Assembly (NCBI RefSeq): GCF_964204865.1
Contig: NC_135256.1
Location: forward strand, 16,368,001 to 16,432,000
Origin: Styela clava
Taxonomy: Eukaryota
Direction of reading: 5' to 3'
DNA: 64,000 bases
Part shown: piece after piece, positions 20,176 through 33,900 of the stretch
Numbering within the stretch: the stretch's first letter is position 1
Layout: every line of letters starts with the position of its first letter
The notes under the pieces: generated by a model
What the model saw: the letters and a program-made list of their open reading frames with translations, nothing else
Told to the model about the DNA's origin: nothing
The model's database searches: none
Position numbers and translations under genes: made by a program

Positions 20176-23100
20176 TCAGTTGCCGTAGTATCCGATGAAT
20201 GATCCTGAAAATGCAGAAGACAGAACATTGAGATCTGATAATTATGACGCAATCAACATTATTATGGTTAAATTTGATTTAATATTTTGACTATGTTGCA
20301 TTGAATTTGGTTCCCGGTAACTCGTAGTCATCTCAGTGTCAAGAGTATTATTATAGTGCAATCAGAGGCGGACAAGAAGGATTTTAACAATATCGGTCGT
20401 TAATCGTTTACAGAACTTTTTACGAAGTCTTCCGCCTTTGATGAAAAATGTTCAATGAAGAATTGATTTTGAATTGAAAATCTACCAATAACTTACGATG
20501 ACAGGTCGGATTTTGTGGGTAGAACAAGCCATCTTCGCTGCATATAGATTCGTCTGCCCCATACATATAATGCAAGTTGTTACACGAAAATTTCACTTTC
20601 TGACCGAGTCTGAAGTACGATTGATCTGACTCAACTTTACCATCCTCGGGATCTTCTGGTCTTTTACAGTAAATCACTGAATTTCGTACAAATGTGTTAA
20701 AACAGACAAATGTTGAATAGCAAAGTATTCATAATAATTTACATTGGCCTGTTCGCGAGGTTTACATGCATTGCTGCTCAATCTCCAAAGCGGAAAACTG
20801 TTTTGACAATTGAAAAAACATGCAAAAACACAAACCACAATCATTGTTGATAAAAACATCGACATGCAAATCAAAGTTAGTCTCAAAAACACTATGAATA
20901 TTTGGTTAATGTGGTAAGGTGATATTAGTAATAGCAGGGTTTTATTTATACGGTAGAATTGGTTGGTAAGATGGATTTTAGTGATAAGATCTATTTCCAT
21001 TGTTTAGCCTAACCCCGGTAACCTACATCTGCAGCTTGGGCGAGTGTTTGACCATTGTCCATTTCGTTGGCATTGTAGGGTTTGTTGGCCTTGAAGTTTG
21101 TATCCGTGGGCGCAGTAATACCGGATAATTGTTCCGGGTTTGTATTCGTATCTGCGTGGGCTGATGGCTTGCCTATAACTCACGTACGGACGTTTGCAGG
21201 TCTTCACTTTTGTTGGGATAACTGTTGAATGATTGGCATTCGAGTCACGTAAATAAGTAAGTTTAGCTTAATTTCCTTATATTCCAGTGTTGTTTTAAAA
21301 AGGATATGTGGTAAATGGTTCACATGCGACCGTTGAATGAATAAGTTAATTGAGATTGGACAATGTTACAAGTTACAACAAGCAAACGCTCACATCAATA
21401 CGATTGCAAAAGCACAAAACATCAAGCATGCAATAATATTCAATAATATTTCATGAACAAAAGCAATTAATGGCTGATTGCATTAAATTAGTTAATAATT
21501 CAAATTAATAAAATATAATTCTTTCACTGTAGAATTGTTCTCTTGTTTTAATCATTTTCATTTTTGATCAAAAAAATGTCATGCAAAACTTAAAAATCCT
21601 ACCTTCGCATTTGGCGTCTGAAGCCGTAAAGTGACCATCTTCTCCACATGTGGCATTAAGAGTTTTTCCAACAAGTTTGTATCCTTTTATGCATTTGAAG
21701 TTGACAACCTCTCCAACGGAATAACTGGTTCTATTGGGTCGAATAGCTCCATTACTTGGGACCTGAGGGGGTGGGCATTTTGGCTCTGGAGCAAAAAAAT
21801 AGAAAAAAATGAATAAAAATGTCGTACATGACACACAGTATTGAAAGTTATGTGTTCTTGGGTGCTTAGGACTATACATTAAATTGTATGTAAGACCATG
21901 TTTTGTCACTATAGGGCTTGCATATTTATTACACTATTAACCTTTTGTACGCGTAATGCGTCATAAATCGCTGTAAAAAATAAGGGGTCAGTTTGAATGA
22001 TCGGAAAGGTTATGAAACATATTACACTGTGACAGAAAAATGACTCCATAAAAATTCCCTCCCAGCCTTTTAAAAAAGAACATTGGAAATTTTAATTTTA
22101 AAAGAAATAACTCAGAGAACGGGTTATAGTCGGATTATTATTTTTTGACATATATATTCGCCCAACTTATCAAAACAAATTCGTATAGTCTATTTCGCAC
22201 TTGTTGAACATTTATTGCTGCTTCGTTTAAAGTGACTTACGGATGCATTTAGGAGGAGATGGATGAAATTCTCCATCTTTGCCGCATCTTGTTCTTTTGA
22301 AACCGTCAGATTTTCGGAATCCATTACATGCAAAATCTACCGTTTCGTCGGTGTCGTATGTTGCCTTGAGTGGATTAACGTCTACGTGATCTCCGACCGG
22401 AGGTAGAACACAAGGTAAAATTTTAGCTCCAACTCCTTCGATTGCTGAAATGATATTAAAACCAGCATTAGATCCAATTTCAACGGATTTTTAAAGAGAA
22501 CAAAATATGCGATGAGAATGGCGGAAGCGTTTGATGTAAAGACAAGTGAAATCTCAAATAAAAAATTTATATATATATATATTTATGTAAATTTAGGGAA
22601 TTATTTTTTGCAATACGCAAACACAAAAACTTGCTGAACCATGTATAAAAATGCAATATATTTCAATATTCCTAAAGATTCGAATGGACAAAATTATCAG
22701 GCAACATCAACGTTATTCGCAGCTTAAAATTACATCCTCATAACAAAAAATATCATCAATTGAAAATGGTATCATTTCTCACAGTTTTTAAATTTATTTA
22801 CCAGAATCAAACGCATTATTTCATAGTTTTCAGTTGTGTATAACTTCGAAATAATTTCAGAGGTAACAATTAGATATGCATGCACAGTAATTTAACAGAA
22901 AATTAAATACGATACTTTGGTCATGACACGCTACTTCAAGAAGTTCGCTCATTCATTTAATATAGTTGATCAAACCAACAAATAACAATTTTCATGAATT
23001 ACTAAAAATAAATTACTACTCTACTTAATCTCTGTGTGCTTGCGAAATTAAATTTTTTATGGAGCTGATATTTGGTAAATATTTGATAGTTGACTCACAT

Positions 23101-24231
23101 CCGTGAACTTGACAAGGACAACGGTATTTATCGCCAAGGTACGATTTCGTAACCACAGTCTGTTATTAAGGCCTTACAATAATCTACTACTTCATCGTGA
23201 AGTATTCTGGTCAAAATTATTGTGGCGATAATCCTATTGCATTCGTTTTGCTTAGCGATGCAAGAATATCGTCAACAAATCACTGTGTTTGTTTAATCCA
23301 AACGGGCTTGAAATGTCGTGCAAAAATATCGCGAAAGAGCACCATTGCAATGTTATATTATTTTTCAGTTTTAAAATTCTTCCACTCGCCTCAACTTATC
23401 CAAATTATTTACACGAAAAAAGTACTCTAGCTTGAAACAACGAAACGAAATGAATGTATGAAAGATCGATATAAACTTACGTTCGCAGGTCGGCTCCTCC
23501 GGATACCATTTGCCGTTCAGTTGGCACCTTGATCTCTTTGCACCTTTGAGTTCGAATCCATCGTTACATGTGAATGTAATTAGTTCAAAGAGCGGTTGTC
23601 TCCAATTTTCGAAAAATCCTACTTTGGGGTTGTGGTTACCATTCTTCATGTTTGGTTCTTCACATGTAACCACTAAAAAAAAATTCCAAAAATAATTCAC
23701 TTTTTATTATATATATTTGTATTATAAATTCTGATTTAGAAGTGCTTTTTGTAATAGCATCTGAGAGGTATTTTCTCTGAATAAGGCAGACATTTTTCTC
23801 TCTGGTATGAACATAGCTGAACAATGTATTAAACACTGGGAAATGTTTACTGTAAGGTAAAACATATATAAGAGTTTAGAACAAATCCTCCAAGAATGCG
23901 TCTCCAATTTAATTATAGGTGAAGCAGTGAATTTCGTAGGCTTTGACAGTTTCAATGGCCGTAAATAAACCGTTCGTCCTATTTGGTGTTTCTTATAGTA
24001 TACATACCATTTAGGTCACATAGTTAAAATTAAACTGTTTTCGTGTTTATCGATTATGCTTTAGGTATATATAAACGTTTCTATTCCGACTCGTTCGTGC
24101 AATATAATATTTACATATACAAAATTGAATAACCACTTACTTTTATTCCTTCGATCGTTGGGAAAAAATCCGAAAACAGTGCAGGAGAAACATGAAATCA
24201 GGAGAACGATCATTCCAACAGACGAACCCAT
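20176..24231 (-). CDS. Secreted Sushi/CCP-repeat protein S2: signal peptide + 5 CCP, ~357 aa. Exons 24231-24141, 23672-23481, 22444-22241, 21785-21603, 21221-21027, 20676-20497, 20204-20176
   Basis: Signal exon MGSSVGMIVLLISCFSCTVFG; five phase 1-1 CCP exons with four Cys each; terminal exon RSFIGYYGN* after a ttttcag acceptor; no TM segment found. Confidence 0.85.
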
Positions 24232-24976
24232 TTTCTCTTGATTTGTATTGTAGAATTCTGTTCACACAACAGAAACTTGTTACAAAAGCAATACCTACAA
24301 CAGAATCGCAAGCTCAAAAGCCTACTTTTCGACTACAATCAGAAAAGAATGCATGTATTTGCAAAACACCTGCCTTTTATTTTGTATTCTTTTTTTCGTT
24401 TTTCTAGCCGCAAGCGCTGAGGTAGCTCCAACAAAAAATAATTTATTGGCGGGTAGCAAAGTGCATTTTCGTACAATGCGCAAATCAGTACAATTAACAT
24501 GAATCGAAACGTTATTCAGTTAATCAATAATGTGCCAACCCATTTTCGAAAATCACTTTGTTATATACTAGGCCACAGATAAATCCTAAGTTGAAAATAA
24601 AGCCCAACTTTACTGTGAAATCGGCTGTTCATATGTACATAAAATAAACTATAGCAACGAAATACTAAGATTTTACTTTTTTGCTAAAATTTTATTCAAT
24701 ATTTTGACAGAATTATTACAGTATTATAAGCAAATTGAACCTTATTATTACAATCGCGATAAATCATAGTAATGGACATATATAAACGTTCAATAAAACT
24801 ATATAATTTTTTAAAAATTTCATCATATTCCATTTCGAGAACCTTCAATTATAAATTTCGCATTTTTTAATACTTTGTCCAAATTTGTAATTGTAGTCTT
24901 CTAAACGAAATGGTCTACCATTTTCAAGAAAATGCGGACACGTGAACTTCAATTATACAAAATTGACTTTAATTAC

Positions 24977-25225
24977 CTTGTTCGATCTTTTACAAAATAA
25001 ACGGGTTGCTCTCTGATCAATCGATGAACCGCTTTGCCTTTATGCTACAACACTTTTAATATGTTTCCTTTGATTCAATTTCCAGTTTATCACTGAGAAT
25101 TGAGGAACGATATTGTCGAAGTTTACGAATGCTGAAAATGTGTAATACCGTACCTCTTATATACCTTCACTACTGCCGCTTGTCCTCGAGTCAGGATGAC
25201 GTCATGTCTATTTTTGAGTCATGCA
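24977..25225 (-). promoter_or_regulatory. Putative S2 promoter and non-coding first exon
   Basis: CRE TGACGTCA (25197-25204), AP-1 TGAGTCA (~25215), minus-strand TATATAA (~25157-25163), cattc initiator-like motif ~30 nt downstream, donor AAG|GTAATT at 24977, candidate acceptor ttgtag| at 24294. Confidence 0.45.
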
Positions 25226-28200
25226 GCGCGGCGTGCTCTTTTGATTTCTGCAAAAGTGTTCCTACGCACTAGAATTCAATATAGGTTACACAATTTTATG
25301 ATGCGCTTTTTCATTTTGGATAAAATTTCATATAATCATGCCCTCTTATCCGTTATCAAATGTCTCCTTATTAGGTCAACATATATCAGTTACAAACTAA
25401 ATTTTTAAAATGAAAACGGAAATTCAGTAAAAATGTTACGTAATTAATTGTGGCAATAGCTAAGACAAATTAAACAGCCTTTTTTTAATTATCTCCATTC
25501 CATTCATTTTTTTGTGTGCAAAGTTGCCTCACCTGAAACCAAGCAACAAATGTACACTTTGTCAAATTTTCATACATGTACAACATACCTACCACATTTA
25601 TTTGGAACGTCAATCAACTTATAAATACAAGTTAATTCTACTGGATTATATAGAGTGATATCACATTTGCTATAGGTAAAATTCAAATTCGGATTTAGTT
25701 TTTGGTCGCTTTCGGTTGGGACAATATAAGGAGAAAATTTTATCTTGAATAATAAGTATAGGGTGTTTCAGTCCCCGGAACTTAATAGTTGCCTTTTACG
25801 GTAAAAAGAATATGAAAATTAAATTCATGCTCAAAATAAATATAAATTTATGAACAACCATATGTTTGACATCTTAAATAATATAAAAATAAATTTGCAA
25901 TATGCTGTGGCACATGTAATTTCAATAGGGTTTAAACTTGTTGACTGTACTGTCAAATGTATATATGCTATTTTTATCCAAAAGGCGTTCCTTCTCGTAT
26001 AATTCATTTTAAGTCAATTCTTTTTGACGGGTTTTCGGGCATACACATACTCTTCACCAGTATGTTAAAATTTGAAATTCGACTAGTAAACAGCTCTATT
26101 TTAAAGGTCAACAACCCAAACAATCAGATTATCTAGTTCATTCCAGGTCGTCAAATCACAGGAAAGATCGATATTCGTGGTTGAGTCGATACAAATCAGT
26201 AATGCGTAGCTTATTCCGGTTGCTTAATCAGCCAATTGAGCACTGATTTGATCATAATATGTGCGTTGTTTGTCGAGATGATTCATGAAAACGCCGACCC
26301 AAGGAACAGTTTGAAGTTTCGGTAGCATCTGGGCTCAGATTTCTGTATGTTACCTTGTCATTTGCCTACACGCTATCTTGTTATGTTTAGGATGATATTC
26401 GGAAATTTAGTTCAACATTACACTCGATTTTTTTACTCCAATGAGACCTATATGATCCAAAAAAGTTAGCCTTCACACATATTGCTCGACCTTTAGCATT
26501 ATTTTAATCAACACAATTAAATAGGGAATACTTTTACCTGCATACAAAATACAAAGCAGGTAAAAATGTTTAGAATAAAAAAGACCTGAATGACATCATC
26601 TTTCTTTTGATTTGATGATTTATTGCGGAAAATACACCACGTGAAATTACATGTCATTTAGGCAAACAAAATTAATTCCATTTATGGAATTTGCATGTAT
26701 TTTTCAATACGCTTTCCAGCGGGTTTAATGGTCGTTACAATTATAAAACAACTAGAAATTTGTGATCAATATAATACTATGTAATTTAGTTAAATGCTCA
26801 TGTATCAAAAGCATGTGATTATGTATATGTAAAGTTGTATTAAAACTTTTTATATGGTTTATTGATGGATTGACTATGATGTATTATGAAAGGTAAAATG
26901 AAATGATGTTTCACGTCGGACTAGAACTGATGAAAGTTGGAATTTGTTGATATATATAATAAATATCAATAGCAAAAATTAATTGTGAAGTTTAATGGAT
27001 AAGATATTAGAAGATGCATTATAATTTAATATGACAACTATGGGGACCAGGAGTTATCACACAGTTTGATTGTTATTTTCTACTAGTAAATTTCCCATCC
27101 TTTATCTAGTTGGTTGAAAAATGAATATTGACTAGTTCAAAAAACGTGGAACTGTCAATGACAGGCAAAGCTTTAAACTTCAATCAATAAAAACTGTATC
27201 TATAATAAGAACATATTTATATGTGATAAGTAGATTTGTGTCAATATTTGATCGTATAATAACGGTTCAAGAAAATTAATATACTTCATGATTATAACCT
27301 GGTTGCTTTCAGGCCAGTGTTTGTTGAAATATCAAAACCCTCCAACGATGTTACTATCGAATTTGCCGGTAGAGTTATGATGCTCACGAGTTACGGCATC
27401 TCGAATTCTTTTCACCTTTAACCCCCTGATTTTACCCTTTGGCGTGACCAAACGAAACTGAAAATTTGAAGATAGGTAGCACGATGTAATGAATCGCCCG
27501 AGGAAATCGTTACGGTGTGTTGATTTAGCGTTATGACTAAGCCACTAAGTTTCGTCAATTACGTAAATGCATATCCTAACCTGTGCGTCATGACGTAATA
27601 CGCGCAGTTTTCTGTTAAAAGTATTCAATTAAAAAAAATACACAAAGGTGTTGTTTAAGATGAAGTCACGTCACGAGCGAAAAGTCGACAGACATGTCAT
27701 TGCCCTGCATGGAAAATTCCGTCATAAAATCCAGATTAATAAATTTCATTCTTATTAATGAGTTTCGTAATTGAAATGGATTACTCGCTTCCAGTGACAA
27801 ACAAACAAATAACTATTTCAACAAACCAGAATATGACTCACGTACATATTGTTTTCATGAAAGTTTAACAAAATAAGATCAAATTTAGACTCTCCATACA
27901 GATCTTATGCGTAGAAGATGTGGATTACTATCAAACCATGAGAAATATTTGTATTTGCAGGCGGCAAATTGAGGAGACAAAGCGGCCTCGAGCAACAACT
28001 TCGAATTCATAACATGAAAACCTACATCGATACTTCGTGAAGCGCTCAACGATTTTTAAAATTGACAAAAGCACCTTTTCTGGGTGGCCATTACCTCATT
28101 TACCGCACAAAATCCGGTTGCATCGTGTTGCTAAATAAAATTAAGAAAAATAATAGTTTCATCCAGAGACACGAAATGAAATTCATGGTTTATTTTCGGC

Positions 28201-30484
28201 GATGAATCCTAGATGATCATTTGCACGAAACCTTGCTGCCGCCATTGATCGGAGCATTTCCGTTTCACACAACTAAACTGAAACTTTTGTTTTTCGTTTG
28301 ATCAAAGCAAGGTCATAAGCACTCACTTCAAATAAAAATTCCAAATATTTGTTTCAAATTACAAAATTTTAAAAAGTACGTAGACTGTGATTGGAATGAT
28401 ACTCAATAGTATATACGAGCTCATTCTGGTGTAAATAATATTGTCAACTTCTTCTTGCAAGAAATATCTTGTTTCACAAAGTCTATTATTTTGCAATAAG
28501 CATATCACAGTGAGTTCGAAAGAAGCGCTACAACCGCAAAAAATTATACGCAAAAATCCAGGTCCGAAATTCCCCATTTTAGAACAAGATTGCCAGAAAG
28601 CGTTTGGTCTGTTGTAAAACAGTACCATACATCAATGTATGATAATGAATTCAACATACCTTCAGGCTTGTTTTGATCATGAATATTTGGAAATTTTATT
28701 CTTATGTTTAACAATCCCATTTCTGCTAGATTGTATATTCGATTAATTTTGACTACTCTGATTTTCTGGGCCTACTTAGAATTAAATCCAGCGACAAGCG
28801 ACAACTGAACAGGTGAATAAATAAGCCTTTATATTGCTCACACATGAATACGCATTCTGAAGATTTATTAACCAAATCAAAAACACCCAATTGAGTTCAA
28901 TTACTACGAAACACGAGTTAACATGTTAAAAGATTGATACTGAAAACTCAATTGAAAGTGAAAGTTAGTCGAGTCTACCGGAATTGGCGGTCTATAGAAG
29001 GACATTAATCTTTTTTACATGTCCATTTAACAAAATTATGTTTTCGAGTACATATTGCATGCCTATATTGGTAGATAGAAAATTATTTAAACTAATGTAT
29101 AGAAAACTATTGCTGTAATAAAATAATATTTATTTACGCTATAGAATATTACTGTTCAATTGATATAGAAAGTCGTGATATGAAAATTTGATTGATTTAT
29201 TGTTATGACTCAGAACATGGACCTGATTTTTGCATGAAAATTCCAATCGTTTAAATATAGATTTTATATACATACACTTATTTCAATTAATGTTGGATTA
29301 TCTGTTGGTCTGAACAACGATATTTTAATAGAGTAATCGTGGAAAAACCTAATTTCTTATGCTATTTATTTGGTTCTGGATGTTGTGTTATTTTCCGACT
29401 TATTTATCCGACTTATGTAGTATTATTTGTAGTTATATGGAATACAACGACATGGTTTTTTTACAACTACATACAACAAAAATATATCCAAGTCACATTT
29501 TCCCCGAATAAAAAAACTTTACTGACTGATCTCCTTTAAATCACATCAAATTTTTGTATTCAAAAATACTGAAAAGCTGTTTGTTAAGTTGTATCTTTCG
29601 TGAGTCGGAAACCTATATGTCGACCAAGATTTTTCTCCTTGGATTTTCCATGAACTTAGGTATCGTTTAATTTGCATAATCGAAATCGATTTATTCTATT
29701 TTATAATGTTTCGGAAATCACGAACAGAAAAATTCACGGAGAAATACCCTTGCGACGGCTGCATTTTCGTCTCGACGTTTGCATGTGTAAATTCAATGGG
29801 AGAATCGCTGAAGACCTAAAACCCGGAGGCGTTGAAACGGTATAGACTAGTTTCCGTCTATATCACGGATAAGAATAACATAAACACATAAGTGCCATAA
29901 CATAGACTACATTGAAATAGGACCCCAATGACGCACACGATTTTCGACCTCCGCAAATTCGTGCGAAATATGTACCAGTGAAAAAAACTAAAAACACGTG
30001 TCTTCTGTGTTTAATGTAGTTAGGAACAAAAATCGCGAAATTGCGTTTTATATTCGTAACCCTAGCTCTCGTCTAGTCTTAAAAGCGTAGATTTTCGTTT
30101 ATTAGTTTGAAACGAAACACTTTAGAACAAAGTAGAAAACTTTATTGCAAATATTTTTCGAATAACCGATTCTATTACAAATCACTATGACTTCCATCAA
30201 ACTTTCTGAGTTCATTGACTCAGTTCTACTGGACATAATAGTATATTTGGAAACAACTTTGAAATTTTTTATTCAAATTGTCACCTGATCGTATTGTGTA
30301 ATTTATATGTGTAGCAAATTTACAGCAAACGTTTATTAGTTTAAAAGACTTTGTTCTCCACAAGATTCAAAGATTTCCTTTATTTTTTTCAATTTAGAAC
30401 ACTATAACCTGCTCTACAATAACTAAAACGTAACCAATTAGGGATATAACAGCAGCCTTTTCAAATATGCCGGAACCTGTAGAC

Positions 30485-30923
30485 CAGAGGTCGGCAACCT
30501 ACGGCCCGCGGAGCACTATAATCCGGCCCGCGACGCTTCACTCAATTATAGTAACAAAACATCCGTTTTGGCGAATGTATATTCTTTAGACTAAATTATA
30601 TTATAACCTAACAATTATATAATTCACAATTACTCGTTTAATGAGCATATAATGTAATTATAATTAAGCAAATATCAACAAAACGCAGAAAAGTTGATGC
30701 TAAGTGCAAAGGGTTCAATGGCGCTGAAAATATTCAAATGGGATTTTATGAGATGCAATGAGGAAATAAATCTATATTCTATTCGAGAGATGTATCACTG
30801 CTTAATTTGTATTATAAAAAGTACCATCCGATCGGATTTTCAACTTTCTAAAAATATGTGCGGCCCGCCAATGACTTGTAACCTTGATTTTGGCCCATGA
30901 GCGACAAAAATTTGCCACCCCTG
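30485..30923. mobile_element. hAT-type MITE
   Basis: TIRs cagaggtcggcaa / ttgccacccctg with cggcccgc subterminal motifs; 8-bp TSD ctgtagac / ctgtagat. Confidence 0.85.
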
Positions 30924-33900
30924 CTGTAGATCATATGAGATTTAGTTTACTGGTCATGAACTTGGGACGAATAAAAACATGTGCTTAGTTGTATTTCGTA
31001 AATCACGAACAACAAACTCGACGGAAAAATTGTCTCACGATGTCTGTTTTTTCGAATAGTCACCAGCACGATGCATGAACCACGAAGTTGAAAAGGAGAG
31101 TAGTAAATGCATACTTCATGGCCATGAATCCCATGATGGTTTCGATTTTAGGCACGTCCCATTTTTTAGCTCACTTTAGGGATTAAAATGAAATGTCACA
31201 AATGTCACCAAATAATACGACGGGGAGACTGGCACGTTTTCTTTCCCCCGCAAAAATTTACGATAGAAGACGAACGCAGACTTATTTCCTGAAAAAAATA
31301 CACTTGAAATTCTATGTTTTGACATGCATGGTACTTAAAAACGTTACGACAAATTGAGATTCTTAAAATAATAAATTATCTCATATAATATAATGTTTAT
31401 TCAGAAATAAATTTCGAAATGAACTGGCTAACTAGTCACATTTTCCCTCAGTTCATCAGCATACCCTATTAGTTGCTTACTAAATACTTGGATTTTCACT
31501 GGTAATTTCGATCATTTCCTATTTGATTTCCTTCAATTGAAAACTGTATTGGAGTTCTTCAAATCACCGGGATTTTTAAATGAGTTCGTGTGACCATTGT
31601 GACCATTCATTGACCAAAATTCTAATAACAAATAAATCAACAATATTTGCAGACCGCAAACCAACTCTTATCCAAACCCGAGCAGTAAAATATGGATATG
31701 GTGGTGGTGAATGCACTTAACCGAGATGTGTTCGATACAGAATAAACATAACGAAGTCAAACCTTGCGCCAGTAATAAAAATATAAATTAGTTCCATAGA
31801 TCATCCAAATTTGGTGAAAAGAAATCTACAAAATAATTCATAAAATGATATTTAATTTGTAGATATTATCTGGTTAGAATTTATGGACATTATCTCATCT
31901 CGTTAATTTGCTTTCTGATCAATTTGAAAAACGACTGAAAACCAACAAAGTTTTACATTATCAACCACTAATATTAGTGAAGATCGCGTTGACCAGAGCA
32001 AAGTTTAATGGGATTGGTTGCTAAATGAGTTATAGTGGTTAAATCGATTGTTTCTACTGATGTTTAACGATATAGATCTTTACAAAGATTTTAGTTTTAT
32101 CTTTCCTTGTTAAATTTTATAATCCATTGGCTTTACAGATTTGGCCTACCAGTAATGATAGTTTCATTATTCACCGTAATTTTATTTTGGGCACTGAAGG
32201 TGTTGTCGATAACATTTTGGAAAAACAAAACAAAAAAAGAATTAATGGCAATATGAGCAATATTATTTTGTATTTTTGCATTGAAAACTTATGCATTTTA
32301 TTTGTGAATTCTTTTATATCTATCTGTTCATCAATATCACATAATACCAAAATATAGGTAATATATACGCTAGAAATAATGATTACAAGACCGGTTCAAT
32401 ATTTGCACCAACCACGGTATCTAACGTTTGAAATTCAAACTAAATTGAAAGCAGTTTGCAAATATTTCACATTGACTTCAATCTTGCCAAAGTATACATT
32501 AACAGCGCCAGTTATGTGATGCAGAAGCGAGATTTCCCTTAGGTTAAACACGTTTCTAGTTATTTTTAATGCATTTGTCTATTTTTTTTTTTTTCAATGC
32601 TATACCAACTTATTTTGTTTTGATTATCGCCACATTTTGACTACGATGTCACAGTGCCTAGAGCTTTTTACTCAAAACTGTTGGTGTCACAATTAGAAAT
32701 CCTTGTAATATTTTGAAGATGCAATACTGTACTATACAGATTCAGACCCTTCCAAAAAAGTATCCAAGACGAAATCATGCCTATAGGAGTAGATAAGTGC
32801 TAATGTCAGTGAAACTTTGGCTACTGTTTGCAAAATTACATTGATAAAAGATTCAAGACACATAACAACAAAAATAGAAACATCTTACTAAACAATGGTC
32901 AAAATCACTAGATGCGGGACTCATTCTATAAGTATTACATACGGTCGAAAACGTTTGAATGTGTTTGGTTGGCAAAGCACTCAAAAATTACACCCATTTG
33001 ATTTAAAACAGGATTAAAAAGTCGAATTACCATTGTGACGCCAACAAGCCGTGAATGGTTTTTCGGAGGTGATATATGCCCAAAAATAGCCGGTAACTAC
33101 AGCCCTATATATTTCATGGATGCTGTGATAGTTAGAAATCAGATATTGTGAAATATTAAGCTAAAAATACTTCCAACAAAAAAATAAATTGTCTTGTGAA
33201 TATATATTATTGTATCTCATGTTACATGACATAAATACGATTGATAAGAGCTTTAAAATCACCAAGCAAAAGTGAAACTCTAAATGCACTAAATTACAGT
33301 TTGTGGGCGTCTAATAATATAGATATATTTTAATGTAAGCTTCAACAATAATCAAAAAATAAACTGAAAACGTTTAAAATACTCCCAAAGTGTTTGGATA
33401 AAAACAAATATGCAAAATTGTTTGAGTTTCATACGAAAGAACATCGATTTCACTTCGCTCGCCACATGTGTTAAACCATAATTTTGTAAAAGGATACCTT
33501 TTATCAACAGTAAAGTGAAAAATATAGGTTTGTGTGCTTGAAATCATTCCAACAATTCAGTTTGAAGTGATACTTTTGCGTAGGTCACACTTTAATAAGT
33601 TTTGTTATTAAGTTTTGATGAATTCATGTGGCAATTGTGGTTGTTTTAAAAGCTAATCTGTGCTTCAGTTGTGTTTTCAGCTGAAATAAATCTTTGAATT
33701 AAAAACTAAACCTCTGAATCACTGTTTTTTTAATTAAATATACTTTCTTATTCCGGGTTCACAAACAGGATATGCGGATGGATGTTGGCATTTTTCAGTG
33801 AACTTAGTATAGCGTCAATAACCATTTTGTTTTTTGACTACACATCTTGAAATTGCGATGACTAAGAGTAACTTACTTTCAAAAAAGTTATGTTTGCTTA

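Noticed and set aside
23099-23200. Possible extra S2 exon ending at a gtgagt donor
   Set aside because: No stop-free phase 1-1 reading with a credible acceptor, and no CCP pattern.
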